A stretch of 64,000 bases of DNA from contig QPMI01000414.1 of assembly GCA_004431415.1 (NCBI GenBank), positions 62,001 through 126,000 of the forward strand, read 5' to 3'. This DNA comes from Cyanophora paradoxa CCMP329. Its lineage: Eukaryota; Plantae; Glaucophyta. Each line of letters opens with the position of its first letter. The first letter of the stretch is position 1. A model generated the notes under the pieces. That model saw only the letters and a program-made list of their open reading frames with translations, was not told the origin of the DNA and did not search any database. The position numbers were made by a program, and so were the translations under genes. Shown in pieces: positions 1 to 12,682 of the stretch.

Positions 1-2713
1 CTCGTGCTCCGTCGAAGTCACCGGGCTCGGAAGCGGCTACGCCGAGCTTCAGTTCGCGCTGAACGCGCCGCCCACGGGCGGCACCTGCGAGGTGTCTCCG
101 GCGAACGGGACGGCCCTAGAGACGGAGTTCACCGTCTCGTGCCGCGGCTGGGCCGACGCAGAGCTCCCCCTAACGTACCAGCCGCGGGTGACTGCGAACC
201 TTGAACGTTCGAATTCGCTCGCCTTATGCTAAATGATTATATTGCGTGCGAGCAGATTTACAATTCGGAAAAGGGCGTTTACGTGCCCATAGGATCGCCT
301 AGAAGCTCGGAGTCCTTCGTAACGCGGCTGCCCGCGACGTCGGCCGGGCCGGTGTCTCTCGCGGTTTTCGTGATCGATTCCATGAACGCCGCGGCCCGCT
401 TCGACCTGGCTCCGGTATACCTTTCTATGCCGACATCCGCCGCCGTCTCGGCTGCTCTGCTGGATCTCTCGAAGAAAGCCACGACGGAAGAGATCGTGCA
501 GGTTGTCGCCGGCGTGTCGGGCTATCTCGGACAGATGAAGCTCACACCAGGTGCCATATTTGCGAATATTAAGTAAATGATGGCGGGTTGCGTTCAGCAT
601 ACTAAAAATCCATCCAGAAACGCGCTCGGAAGCGGAGGCGCTGTCCAAGGGCGCAGTAGCGGCTCTGGAGCTGGCGCTCCTCCTTGCGGGCGCGGACGGC
701 GGCGAGGAGGCGCTGCTGCAGGTCGCGCTGCAGGGGATGCTCGCCGCCCAGCCGATCGCCGAGTGCGCGCGGGTCTTCGAATTCGGCTGCTGCTGTCCGC
801 ATGCATCTTGCTTTGTTTAATGCGGAGCCTCATCCCCGCAGCCTGGCATCCGAAGCCATTGTCAAGGCACTTGCCGAATTTCTGCGAGATTTGATGGCCA
901 ACTTTAAGGAGTGCGTGAACCTGCAAGAAATCCGTCGGGTCCGCTCCTGATTTATATGTGTGATGCTTTGATTGGTGCTTCTGATGATGATAATCTTCCC
1001 AGTTTATTGCGAGCTCTGTGGACTCGTTTGTGGGCGCTCAGTTCGCGCGCGGCGGAGCCTCCGGCGGAGCGCCGGTGGACACTGCGGACCTCTACAAAGC
1101 AGTGAAAGCCTCTGTGCTGGCACGCTTAAATTTTGCTTCCTTCTAGATATCCTGGATCTATATCGCTTGAACAATAGCCGCATGCGTGCAGGCATTTGTG
1201 AGATCGCACAGCGAGTGCTCCGTGTGCGGGGATCCGAAGCAAGAGGCCCTGAAGGAAGTCACGATCACGTACGGAAAGCTCTGCTACGTGGCGCACGGCG
1301 GCGAAGAGACGAAGTACATCGTGCAAGCCACCATCGAAGGCGGGATGGCCCCGGGCGTGGTCGGGCTTTCGAAGGAAGCGGTATCGATTGCGAAGAAGGG
1401 GAACGCGGATCCGGACGGTGAGCTAAAAAATAAACCCAGCCACGCGCGCATTTCGTGCGCTGACGCGTCTTTTTGCGATTGCGCGTGCTGCGGATCGAAA
1501 TTATTAAAGACCCCGGCTACCTCGTGACGGTACATAAATTGACTCGCATCATGCCTTTGCAGGTCTAGCTATTGGGTAGTTATCAACGCTTCTAGTCGAC
1601 AGGTGGTGCAAATGCAATCGAATCCGATCATCTTATCATCCGCAACGAACGCATCCTCGATCTTCTCGAACGTCACGGCAAACAGCTCCATTGCTCTCAT
1701 CGGAAACGGCTCTGTCTCCGTAGAAGCCTTCGCAGCCGCCGTCCAGAACTCGTCTCTGTTCGTTTTGGGATTATATGCATGCGCACGGGCGCCGAAAACA
1801 GATAAATTTAAACCTGACGACGGCCGTCGCGCAGAGACATCGTTTCTAACGTCATCGAGGTTAACTTGGGCGACGTGCGTCAAGTTTCGCGGCAATCATT
1901 TTTGAAGTCCTAGTCTTTGCCGCTTACCCGGGCGAGCATTACAATGAGCTGATCGCAACGATGTGAGCGCAGAACGTCACTATCAGCGGGCTGACGGATC
2001 GTATTGCGCTGTCGCTTCCGATCTACATCTCCAACACTTCCTCTATCAGCAACGGAGATGGAATGGGTTCGCGGCATTATCCGGTCTTTGAGACGCAATC
2101 TTCTGATCGTTTCGAATGTTTGCTCACGATCAGCTGTCCTGGTCTACTTCGACACCGGCGCGAACGAGTGGCGGCTCGTCCCGCAAGACGGACCGTGCGA
2201 CAATTTTTCAAGAGACGGTCACAGCTGCAGCTCGAGCTTGATCTCTTCTCGCGTTCGTCCCGCAGATTGACCTACACGCAAGTCCCGACGGCGAACGGAA
2301 CGCTCCTTTACGTGCAGGGCTTCACGTCGCATCTCACTATGTTTGGCGTCGCGTACTTCGAGAACCTCCGCCAAAACCTCGAGAGACTCTCCGCGGGCTC
2401 AACGCACCCACAAGTCGGGCCCCAAAGCAACTACGCTGGCTGGAATTCGAACGCGCACCAAAGTTCTGGGGGCGCGAGCGGCGCCGACGGCGTGGGCGTG
2501 GGCCTAGGCGTGGGCCTCGGAGTCGGCGTCACGCTGGTGGCGGTCGTCGCGGCGTTCTCTGTCCTGCGCTTCCGGCGCCTGCGCTCCATCGCGAACGCGA
2601 TTTCGAGCCGTGCGTCTGGATCCTCGAACTCGTTCAAGCCGAATTCGAAGCTGAAGGAGGGGGCGAGACCGGAGCGGCCGCCGCGGCCCGTCGAGGTCAT
2701 GATCCTGCTTTAG
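1..2713 (+). CDS. REJ/PKD-like, GPS(GAIN)-motif single-pass membrane protein; 5' partial, multi-exon
   Basis: First exon reads PPTGGTCEVSPANGTALETEFTVSCRGWADAELPLTYQ, typical of polycystin REJ modules. Later exons give LVYFDTGANEW...GFTSHLTMFGV (GPS motif H-L/T-x-F at 2330-2344), then a TM helix VGVGLGVGLGVGVTLVAVVAAFSVL followed by RFRRLR. Stop at 2711-2713. Confidence 0.75.
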
Positions 2714-3304
2714 CTCAGTTCCTGATGAGGGGCCACGCATATGGCTTCTCATTCAGCTACTGTTCTTTGTATATATACGTATTTATATAACCTTCGATCG
2801 CGAGGTCGTCGCAAGCTTTTTCAAGTTTCTTTTTTATTTGCATCCACAGCTACAGTGATGACGCCAGAGCGCGAACATTATTGATCGTTTCCGTGTATAT
2901 GGATATTCGCATGCGCATGCGCAGTGCGAGTTGTGTCGCATCACATGATTTCGATAACGATGTGTTGCAGCGTTGTGTACGTGTGCTTTTTCGATACCAA
3001 GTAATCTAATTTATCTAGTTGATTAGGTATCATGATGTGTATCACTCTCGAATTCGAATCAGATTTTGCAATTGATCCCGGCGTATGCATGTGATGTGAG
3101 CAGGGGCCGGAATGAAACTTAAAGATAATTAAATGTTTTAGAAGGTGCACGTGAGATGCATGTGCCGCGGCGAATTCGAAGCACAATCAATGCACATGAT
3201 GCATGATGCGCCAAAGCGAGGCCCGATGCATGATGCGCTCAAAAAATAAATTTCCTATGCACGGTGCTTTTTGATTCGGACGAAAGCAGGCTCGCCTACA
3301 AGCT

Positions 3305-6300
3305 CTAACCCTGGCCTAGCGGGAGGGCGGTGGTACCCTTCCCCAGCGCAGCTCCTGCACCCCCGCGCGTGAGCTCGCGCGACGAAATCCGAAGGGAGAA
3401 AAAGCGGACCGGGTTGGACTGGAACCCGTGCACGTCGCCCAGGCGGGGGTGCGCGTTGGCCGTCCCGGGTACCGCTTTGGCAAGAATTGCGGCGGCGGAG
3501 GCAGACGCGACCAGGGGCGGGCCCGCCGGGGGCGACTGGCCGACCAACCCGCCCGCCGGGCCCTGCCGGATCCGCTGCGGGCCGAAAACGCTCAAATAGA
3601 CGGACGAAAGGAAGAAGAGGGGCGGGAGGGGGGGTACAGCGCACCGGGAAGGAGAGGGAGGGGGCGGGGTGCCCCCGGGGCCGCGGCGGGTGGCTGCCGC
3701 CGGAGGAGGGGCTGAGGAGCCGTGGTAGGTTCGAATATTGCGTACCCCCCGCGCCCAGGAGCCCAGCGTCCAGCGCCTGCAGGTGCGCCGACATGCTGCG
3801 CCGGCGTACAGCTTCAGGGTGGGGGGGTGCGGCATCGCGGGCGTGGCGCCGCACGAGGGGGAGAGGGAGGAGGCGGGCCGGCGGAGCGGGGGGCGGTGGC
3901 CCATGCCCTCGGGGGTACCGGGTTTGGAGGCGGAGGCGTACAGGGGCGCGTAGAAGGGGCTGTGCTGCGCGTGGCCCGCCAGGGGGGATACCCCCCCGTG
4001 GGACGGCGGCTGGCGACCCGCCGAGGCTGCGGGGGGTCAGAGGGGTACGGGGAGGGGCGAGGGGGGTACAGGCGCACCGACGCGGTAGGAGGGGCCGCTG
4101 GGCGCGGATCCGAGGCGGCGGCGGCGCGGGGGCCCCCCGGACTGGGGCGAGATGGAGGCCCCCGCCCCCGCCCCCGGCCCCGCCCCCGCCCCGGCCAGCG
4201 AAGAGTAGGCGGAGGCGGCGGCGGAGGCGGAGGCGGCGGGCGGAGCCGAGGAGGCCGATGCGAGGCCTTTCGAGCCGAAGCCGGCGCGCCACTTGTCCGA
4301 CCTCAGCAGCTGCCGCCTCAGCTGCCGGCGCCGCGTACCCCTCAGCCAAGAGGGGGGGGACAGAAGCTCCTCATGGCGACCTGTGGAAGCTCCTCATGGC
4401 GACCTGTGGAGGGGTGGGGGGGGGGGGGGGGGGGGAACGGAAGGTCAGCCCAGAGCGAACGGAGGGCGGAACGGGATCGGACGGTACCTCGTTCGAGAAC
4501 TGTACCCCTCGCCCCTGCGCGTGGGCCGAATCGTGCTGCAGCCTCTGCGCGGCGGCGGCAGCGGCGCCGCCGCCCGCGCGCTCGTCGCCGGGGGAAGGGG
4601 GCGGGTCGTCGCCTTCCATGACCGAGTCGAGGGGGCGCGGCTCGTGCCAGGGCGGCGGCGGCGGCGGGGGAGGCGAGGTCGCCTGTGAATGAGGCGCCGA
4701 GGCCGAGGCGGAGGCGGAGGCCTCATCGGCGCCTTCGCCGTGCCCCAGGTCGGGCATGCTAGCGACGCGGCCCATGGGCGACTGGCCGGCCCCCGGGCGC
4801 GCCTGGCGGCCCCCGCCGGCGCCGTCGGGGCGGTCCCGGGAGCCCGCCCCCGTCGTTGCCGGTCGACCGGCTGCTGGGAGGGCGCCGCGCGCCGCTGCGC
4901 TGCCGCCGCCGCGGGCCGCCTGCCACCTCCCGCCGGCTGCGTCACCGGCCGCCCGCCGGCCGCAGCCGCCGCCGCAGACGCCGCCGCTGCAGCGTTCGGG
5001 GAGTGCGGGCGGCCGCCGGCCGCCGCCGTCTGCGGCGGGGCGAGGGTCTTCCGGCCGCCGGCGCTCCCGGCGGGCCGGCCGGCGGCCGGCGACTTGCGCG
5101 GGGCGGTGAGGGGCCGCTGGGCCGCCGGCGCGTGGGACCGGTGCGGGGAGACGTCGGGCGTGTGGTGGACGTGGATGGGCAGTGAAGCCGACGCGGAGGC
5201 CCGCAGGCCAGCCGCCGCCGTCGCCGCGCGGCCGGCGGCGTGCGCGTGGCCCCGCGTGGGCGACTCGGCGGCGTGCCCCGAGCGCCGCCGCGCGGCAGCG
5301 GCCTCGTACGCCGAGTGGAGGGGCGAGGCTGGCGGCGGCTGCCGCGCCGGGGGCCCCGCGGCGACGCCGGCCCGCGCGCGCGGGGCCCGCCCCGGCGCGA
5401 GGTGCGCGGGGGGCGCCCCCCGCCTCCGCCCCTGTGGGACGTCGGGGGCGCCGGCGTGCTCCGGGGGGTACGGGAGGCCGAGGAGCGGGCCGAGTTGGGA
5501 GCCGCGTCGCGGGAGCTCGTGGGAGGGGCGTGTTGCGAGCGGGCGGAGGGGCCGGGGCCGGGGGCGGCCGGCTGGGTCTGGGGGCGCTGGGGGTTCGGGA
5601 TCGGGCGCTGGGGGTGGAGCGGCGAGGTGAGGACGGCCGCGGGCGGCAGGGAGGGCGGCGGGGGCGCCGGGAAAAGAGGCAGGGAGGGGCGGGCCGGGGC
5701 CGGCGCGGGGGCGGAGGGAGGGGGCGTCAGCGTCTCGGGCCCGGCGGTGGAGGCGGAGGAGGAGGGGGGGCGAGCCGACGCCGCGGTCGCCCCGGCGAGG
5801 AGCGAGGCGCGAACGTAGGGCTCGACGATGGGTACGAGAGTCGCCCACGCGCGGCGGACGAGCTCCGACAGGACGGCGTCCTTGACGAAGTTGTGGGGGG
5901 ATACCGGAGGGAAGCCCGCCCGCTCCAGCCGCCGCATGCGCCGCCGGTGCTCTGCGCGGGCGCGGCGGCGGCGATCAGAGGGGGCGAGAAGCGCCCCGGG
6001 CGGGTGCTCGCACCGCGGTCCTCGGTCCGGGACGGGGTGCGGCTGCTGCAGGAGCTCCTGCGGCCCAGCTAAGAAAAGAAAGGAAGGAAGAAGAAAAGAA
6101 GAGGAAAGGAAGGAAGGACCGCACCGGTCGTCCCTTGCGAAGTACTCGTCGTAGACTCCGTCGCAGGCGAAGACCTCCTCCTCGTCCTCGGGAGGCCTGC
6201 CGCGCCCTTCCGGGTGAGCGGGGAGCGCGGGGGAGGCTGCGGGCGGGCGCACGGGGCGGGGGGCGGCGAGGAGCTGCCGGGGGGCGCCTGGCCCTGGATG

Positions 6301-7035
6301 CTGAGGCCCTGTAGGCCAAGGGAGAGGCCGGAGAAGGATGAGGGGCGGGGCGGCGGCTGGGCGGCGGCGGCGGCGGGCGGGGAGTCCGCGGGGAGCTGCG
6401 GCTGCGAGGGCGCCGGGAAGAAAGCTACGCCTTCGTCCTGCGGCGGAACGAGCTGCCGCCCGCGGACGCTGCGGGCGGCGCGGCGCGGCGGTCGGCGGGC
6501 GGCGGGAGCGCAGGAGTCGCCGAGGCGGACCGGAAGTGCGGGAAGCGGCAGGTCCACTCGGCGCACTGCCCCACTGGATGCGCGGAGGGCGCTCCCGGCC
6601 CGTCTGCGCCCCGCCGCCTTAGCTAAGGAGCTCAGCGTTCCGCGGCCGATCCGGCTCGGCGGGCCGCGCGGGCGCCCCCGAGCCCGCAAACCTAGATACA
6701 TCTCGCCATCAAGCCTTTCCATGTGCTCCGCCACCACTGCGGCAGCCTGCAGATCGAATTCCTGCGGTTTGCGTTTCTTTCAGCGGCGGCCCGGCGCGCG
6801 CGGAGAGCGCGAGGCTCGGCGATAGCGCAGCTAGGTTGCGGCTGCGCACATCGTGGGCATCCAGGCTCCTTGACGAGTTGGCGGTGAAGAGCTGCTCGAA
6901 GCCACGGGGGTCGGGCGGAAGGTTGGCGCGCTGGGCGCTGCCTTGCTCGTCGGTGTGGCCGCGCCCAGAGGAGCCTGGCGGGCTGTGCTCAGAGCCCTCC
7001 TCCTCCGCGATGGCCGCGAAGCCGCCGCCCTCCAT
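3305..7035 (-). CDS. FAM149/DUF3719-like protein with long low-complexity C-terminus, multi-exon
   Basis: Motifs VAEHMERLDGEMYLG, EEEVFACDGVYDEYFARD and GFPPVSPHNFVKDAVLSELVRRAW resemble, from memory, the conserved blocks of FAM149A/B1. ATG (MEGGGF) at 7035. The 3' extent is uncertain and 3305-4775 could be a separate gene. Confidence 0.55.
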
Positions 7036-7325
7036 GCTCGCGCTCAACGCCGGGTCCAGCCGGCTCAGCCGGCTCAGCTGGTGTGCCTGCTCAACGCAGC
7101 CATCCTCTCGGAGCGTTTTCGGCAGGGCGATGTTGGGTTGGCGCTGGCATGCCCGGATGATGCTGGTTCGGATCGGGCCGCGACCAGATTTCGGCTGTGA
7201 CGTCGACCTCGGCCAGCGCGCCCTCCGCGCGATCGGAGACGTGCTGAACCGCCTGAAGGCGCCTGTCAGACGCCAGCTAGCAGCGATCAAGCCTCCCAGA
7301 GCGCTGCGGGGCGAGCCGCGCTGCG

Positions 7326-9757
7326 ATGGCGGACGAGCGCGGCGGCAAGCGCGCTAAGCTCGACGTCGCGCCTCCGCCATGCTGGATCGATGTCCCGAGG
7401 ATGGGAAAGCCCTGCCGCGGGTTCCTGCCGTTCAAGACCCCGCTCGGCCCAAGCTACGACGACAAGCTGGAGGCGAGCGCCGCCCCGCAGCTCGTCATAA
7501 TCGCTTCTGACTCGCGCGATTCGCGCAGGAGGACCAGCGGTTCGACGTGACCATGTTCGGTGCGGCGTCCGGCCGGCTAACGTCCGGTCAACGAGGCTCG
7601 CGCCGTTGACCGCCGGACGCGCAGCGGAGGCCCAAGTGCTCGCCAAGAGAGACGTCGGCCTAGTCATCGATCTGACGCGGGGTCCGCCGCCCCAGACGCG
7701 GCTTGGCGCCGCCCAATGAGCCGCACGTTCGAAACCGCGCGCCGCAGGCGAGTACTACGACCCGCGGGAGTGGGCGGACTGGGACATTCAGTACAAGAAG
7801 CTCCCCATCGAATTCACGGCGGCCGGCGTCGTCGAGGACCGCAGCGTCGAGGCTTTCCGGGAGGCGTGCATCAATTTCTGGCGAGAATCGCCATCCCGCT
7901 TCATCGCCGTCCACGACGTCGTCGGCGCGAGCGTCCTGGGGTACCTGCTCGTCACGGTCCTCGTCATCGATCACAACCTGCGCCTGAACGGTACCCCCCC
8001 GTCCCGGGGGTACCCCCCGCGAGCGCCGGTCGACGAGGAAGGGCCGCGCAGAGGCGATCCAGACCTTCGCGGCGTCCCGCCCCCCCGGGATCTACAAGCG
8101 TACCCTCCTCTCCGCCCTCTACGAGCTCCTCTCCCCCCTGGACGAAACCTCCGCGGAGCAGCTGCCGTGCCCCGTGCCCCCCGACTGGGACCTCCAGGGC
8201 ATCGCCGGCGAGCCGTACCCCCCTCCCGACCGCCCCCCCGCACCGCTCACGCGCCCGGCAGGCGCCGAGGACATCGGAAGGGCGCTGCCGGCCCCCGCCC
8301 CCCCCGGACCGCCGTCCGCCGGCCCCAGCAGGCCGCCCCAGGCCGGCCCCTCCTCCCGGCCCGACGGGCCGAAGCCCGGCAGGGCGCCCGGCGGGCCGCC
8401 CGCCCCCGGCCAGCCCGCCCCCGGCCCCCTCAGCGGCCTGCCCCGCGTCACGGGCCCCGTGGAAGCGTCCCTCCTCAAGACCCTCGGCGAGCTCGCCCCC
8501 CCCGGTTCCCCCAAGTGGCCCGGGGCCGAACCCGTACCCCTCCCCGACGACAAAGACGCGGCGCTGGAGGCGACGCGGGGCAGGAAGCTGCTGGCGACGT
8601 GGGCCCCCCGGGGCCTCCGGTGCCTCCTCCTCCTCCTGGGACCCCGCGGCGTCTTCGCCCTCGACCCCTCCATGTCCCTCCGACACGCGCGTACCCCCCC
8701 AAACCCCTCTAACCCCCCCTCTAACCCCACCTGAACCCCCCCGCAGCTGCCAGGGATGCAGTTCCCGGACCGGAAGCGGGGGGGTCAGCCGCTGGACGGG
8801 ACGCTGCTGGACGGCTGGGCCGTCCTCGACGCCGACCCCGGCGGCGCGGTGCGCGGGTTCTAGGAAGCCGACGATCATATATCTGGGACACAGGATGTGA
8901 TATAGTATCTAGCGCCCTGGCGATCCTGGGGGACCCTAGGATCTTGGATCTGGAGGGTCATGCAAAGAGAAGGCGGTCGTCGCTCAGGACGCTGCGCAAT
9001 TCCAGGCTGACCTTGCGCCTCGGGCAGACGGTGCGGCGGTTCCTGGCGCAGGACGCGCTCGCGATCCGCGGCCAGTCCCTCGCCTCCGAGCCCCTCGTGC
9101 GCCCCCCGGCCCCCCGGGCCCAGCCAGCCAGCCAGCCTAGCCTTCATCTAGCCGGGGGTGCGGCGCTATATGTCTGGCCCAGCGGCAAGACGGCCCCCTC
9201 TCGCCCCCGCCCGGCGCACCGGTCCCAGCTCTAGTTCGGTCTCCCCGATCTCTTTGCTAGCCCTGGCCAGCCCCTTTTCTTCCCGTCCTACCCTCCTCGC
9301 GTCTTGGGCTAGCTCCGCCTAGCCCTGCCTCTAGCGGGGAGGACGTCACGCCCCCCCCCCCCCCCCCCCCACCCCTCTCCCTCCTGAGCCTCTACCCCGC
9401 GCAGGAGCGGCGGCTCGGGGTGATCCAGCATGACGTCATCGCCCCCCGCAAGGAGGCGCAGGCCGCCGCGGGGGCCGCCGCCCCCTCCAGGGAGCCCCTC
9501 CACGTCCGAATGAAGGTACCCCCCCCCCAAGCGGATGGGTATGGACGCGCGGGCCGATGGGGGGTACGCGTGCAGGACTGGTTCCCCGCCCGCAAGGTCC
9601 CCACCCTCCTCCCCGGTCCGTCCGTTCCTTCGTTCGCCCCGCTCGAGCTCAAGCTTAGTCAAGGGGGGGGGGGGTACATGCAGGCTGCGAGTTCGCGAAG
9701 CGGCTGCCCCACAAGCTCGACGGGCTCCTCCTGAGCCCCGCGGACAGCCACTACACC
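7326..9757 (+). CDS. mRNA capping enzyme (RNGTT-type triphosphatase + guanylyltransferase) paralogue, catalytic motifs degenerate; last exon unresolved
   Basis: Spliced exons give WIDVPRMGKP..FLPFKTPL..YDDKL, VGLVIDLT, YYDPREW..IQYKKL, AIQTFAASRPPGIYK, WPGAEPVPL, TLLDG, FLAQD, EPLHVRMK.DWF, EFAKRLPHKLDGLLLSP. All are collinear with plant/animal capping enzyme. Confidence 0.85.
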
Positions 9758-10094
9758 GTACCCCCCCTCGCCTGGCGCCCCGGGGCGCCCGGATGCCCGC
9801 CCGCCGAGCGCCTAGTCGAGCTGCTTCGCGGCTGCGGGCACCTGGACTAGGCCTAGTAACGACAATAGCAGTGCTCCTTTTGCAGCGCAACGACGAATAC
9901 TTGAATACACAGAGGGGAGGTGCCGCCCTACAGGGCGACAGCGGCGGGCGGGGGCGGCGCGGCGCCCTTTGGCGCGGGGTACATGCGATCCCGGGTGCCC
10001 GTGATGTACTGGGGGGCAATGATGGCATTCGGAAGAATCTTCCAGTCTGCCACAGACCAATTCGCGTCAGATCAATTCTGGATCAAATTCGAAT

Positions 10095-12327
10095 TCAAAT
10101 TGCTGGAAACCGCGCACCGATGCCGGCGCCCTCCGGGGGGGGCGCGCTCTTTGAGATGCGGTCCAGGAGCCGCCGCCCGATCGTCTGGATGTCCTTAACG
10201 TCCGAGCACATCTGCGAGCGGGGCGGGGCGGGGGCCGCGACGTAAGCCGCCGAGTCACGGATTCGGCGAGCCGCGAGGAGCTCGAGGTGCCGGGGGGTAC
10301 GATGCGAACCTCCATCGCCTGCGTGACGTACTTGTCGCCCTCGTAGTGCCGGTAGATCGCGCGGTTCAGGGCTGCGCCGAGGCCGCGCTCAGCCAGCCAG
10401 CCAGCCAGCCAGCTGGCCGGAAGCGGACCGTGCGAGGCGAACGAGTTGAGGGCGCCGAGGCCCTTCCAGACGACGCGGGGGTCCGTCGGGTGCACGTTGA
10501 TGGCGGAGAGCACCGCTGGGACCGCGACCATGTCCCCTAGGAACTGCCAAGGGCTCTTAGAAGAAGAAGAAGAAGAGGAAGGGAGCTCTGTGTTTCCGCG
10601 TGTCTGGGACTCGCCTTCTTGTTGTTGTTGAGGATGAAGGAGCCGATCGAGTACTTCCAGAGCGCCCCGCAGCCGGAGGCCTGGATCTGATCGATCCGAT
10701 CCGGCGCGTTAGGTCCGCGAACGGGAACGGGAGCTCGAACCGGCGGGATTCGAACCTGGGCGTCGTTGATGTACTGCTGCATGACGCTGAGGACCTCCTG
10801 CACCGTGTCCTTGCCCAGCTGCGCGCGCGCGCGGATCAAATTCAGATTCGAATTTCAAATTCTGCGCGGAATCGAATTCTGCGCGCCTTCTTGGGGAACT
10901 CGTTCGTGAGCTTCTCGAGGCCGAGCATCGCGCCGCGCACGACGCCGATGTCGCCCTTGTGCATCTGCGGTGCGGGCGGGGCCGAACTGAGCGGAGCCAA
11001 GCGAGCGCGGGAGCGGCGGGGCGGGGCGGCGACCTGCAGCGCCTTGAGGACCGCCGGCCACGCGTCGTTCGCCTTGAGCGCCTGCTGCGAGAGCGGCGTC
11101 CGCGCCATCTGCGCCCGCCGCCGATCAAATCTCTTCCGGAAGGCTGACGGCGCGGCGCCGGCGGCGCCCGCACGTTTCCGATGGCCGAGCTCCCGTGATA
11201 GACAGCGGCGGGGTCGTCCATACACTTCACGAGCGCCTGCGAATTCGAACAGTTAGGCGAATCCGAAGCGCGAGCGAGACACGAGTCCGAGCGGGCGCGC
11301 CTTGGCGAGGAGCCTGGGTACGTTGCACTTGGCCATCTCCGTGTTCGCGTCGTCCGAGCGCGTGAGGACGCGCAGGACGGAGAGCAGCGTCCGCATGAAC
11401 TCCGGATCGGACTCCTTCTCGGCGGCCGCCAGCCGCAGGCCGATCGCGCGGTACGCCATCCTGCGCCCGCGCGGTCAGCCACGCGGACGCGCCCGCGCTT
11501 CCGAGCGACGAGCGCTCACTTGTTCGCGTCCCCGCCGAACGCAGCGTTGATGTTGGGCGCGTGCGTGAAGGCGTCGTAGGACTCGACGAAGCGCGCCTGC
11601 GGGCGGCGCGTCGTCGTCGTCGGCGGCGGCGGAGGAATGTGGAGCGCATCGAATCGCGCACGAGGAACTGGAGCTGCTGCTCGCGCGACGCGGCCACAGT
11701 CGAGTTGGGCGCGAGGATCGCGCAGAGCGCCGCGATGTCGGCGTGCGCCCGGGCCTGCATGCGGCGGCGCCGGGGGGGTGAGCGGCGCCGCCGCGGGCGC
11801 GCTCCGACCGGCCAGAGGCACCTCGTCCACGGGCGGGTGGATCGTGAAGGATGCCGACCGGAGGAATGAGCGCTCCGTCATCGCCTGCATCGAGCGTCAG
11901 CGGTTGCGCGCGCACCCCGGCACGCTAGGCGGCGCCGAGCGCAAAAACGCACGAAGGAGCGCTCAGAATCCATCTCCGAAGGGGTCATTGACGGCTGCGC
12001 GGACAGGCCGCCGTTTTGCGGGATCCACTGCTGTTTATTCTGCTGGCTCATGGCCGGCGGGGGAGGCGGGGCCGCCTGCCGCACGTAGGGCTGCCCGTTC
12101 GGGGCATACTGAGCAGCGTCGCCCTGAGGCACGCCGAGGTTCATCGTCTCCACCTTGACCAAGAGGCCGTCGTCGTCGTACGAAGGCTGGTGCTGCGGGG
12201 CATACTCCTGATGCTGCGCATGCGCCTCGTACTGCTGCTGTTGCTGATGCGCTTCGTATTGCTGCTGCATCTGATATGCCTCGTATTGGCCAGTGGGCTC
12301 GTATTGGTGGGCGTCGACTGCGGCCAT
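10095..12327 (-). CDS. Armadillo-repeat protein with Q/Y-rich N-terminus, multi-exon
   Basis: Start MAAVDAHQYEPTGQYEAYQMQQQ. Exons carry ARM-like units: LLSVLRVLTRSDDANTEMAKCNVPRLL, VLSVMQQYINDAQIQASGCGALW, VLSAINVHPTDPRVVWKGLGALNSFA. Stop position approximate. Confidence 0.7.
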
Positions 12328-12682
12328 CTGCGGGTGCGGGCGCGGTCAGACATCACGCAAAACGGCGGAATAGACCACACAGATGGCGCAGGATGCGGGC
12401 GCGCGCCGCCCGCCGGCGGATGCGGACCTTTAAAGGCCTGGAAGTGCTCGACGCACTGCGGGGGCGCGAGCGGCCGGCCGAGGATGAACGGGCTGCTGCC
12501 TCCTGCGGCGATGGCGGGGTCAGATTCGCGCTTGGAGAGGCATAGGGGCGCGCTCACTCTTTATTATATCTGTACCCCTTTCGGTTGCGCGGCGAGCTTG
12601 GTGGAGGCAAGGCAGGGACGGGTCCGAGGCAAGCGAGGGGCCTGCGGCTCGCGAGGCTGCGCCAGGCGCTGCCGCGCGAGAG

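Noticed and set aside
2722-2756. CTGATGAG-containing hairpin just after the stop codon, suggesting a hammerhead ribozyme or SECIS
   Set aside because: It folds as a simple 14-bp stem. There is no downstream GAAA core and no SECIS apical AA or GA quartet geometry.
3255-6825. Many long overlapping R/G/P/A-rich ORFs on both strands (also 40-53 kb)
   Set aside because: These are stop-poor shadows of GC-rich DNA; only the spliced frames give recognisable protein.
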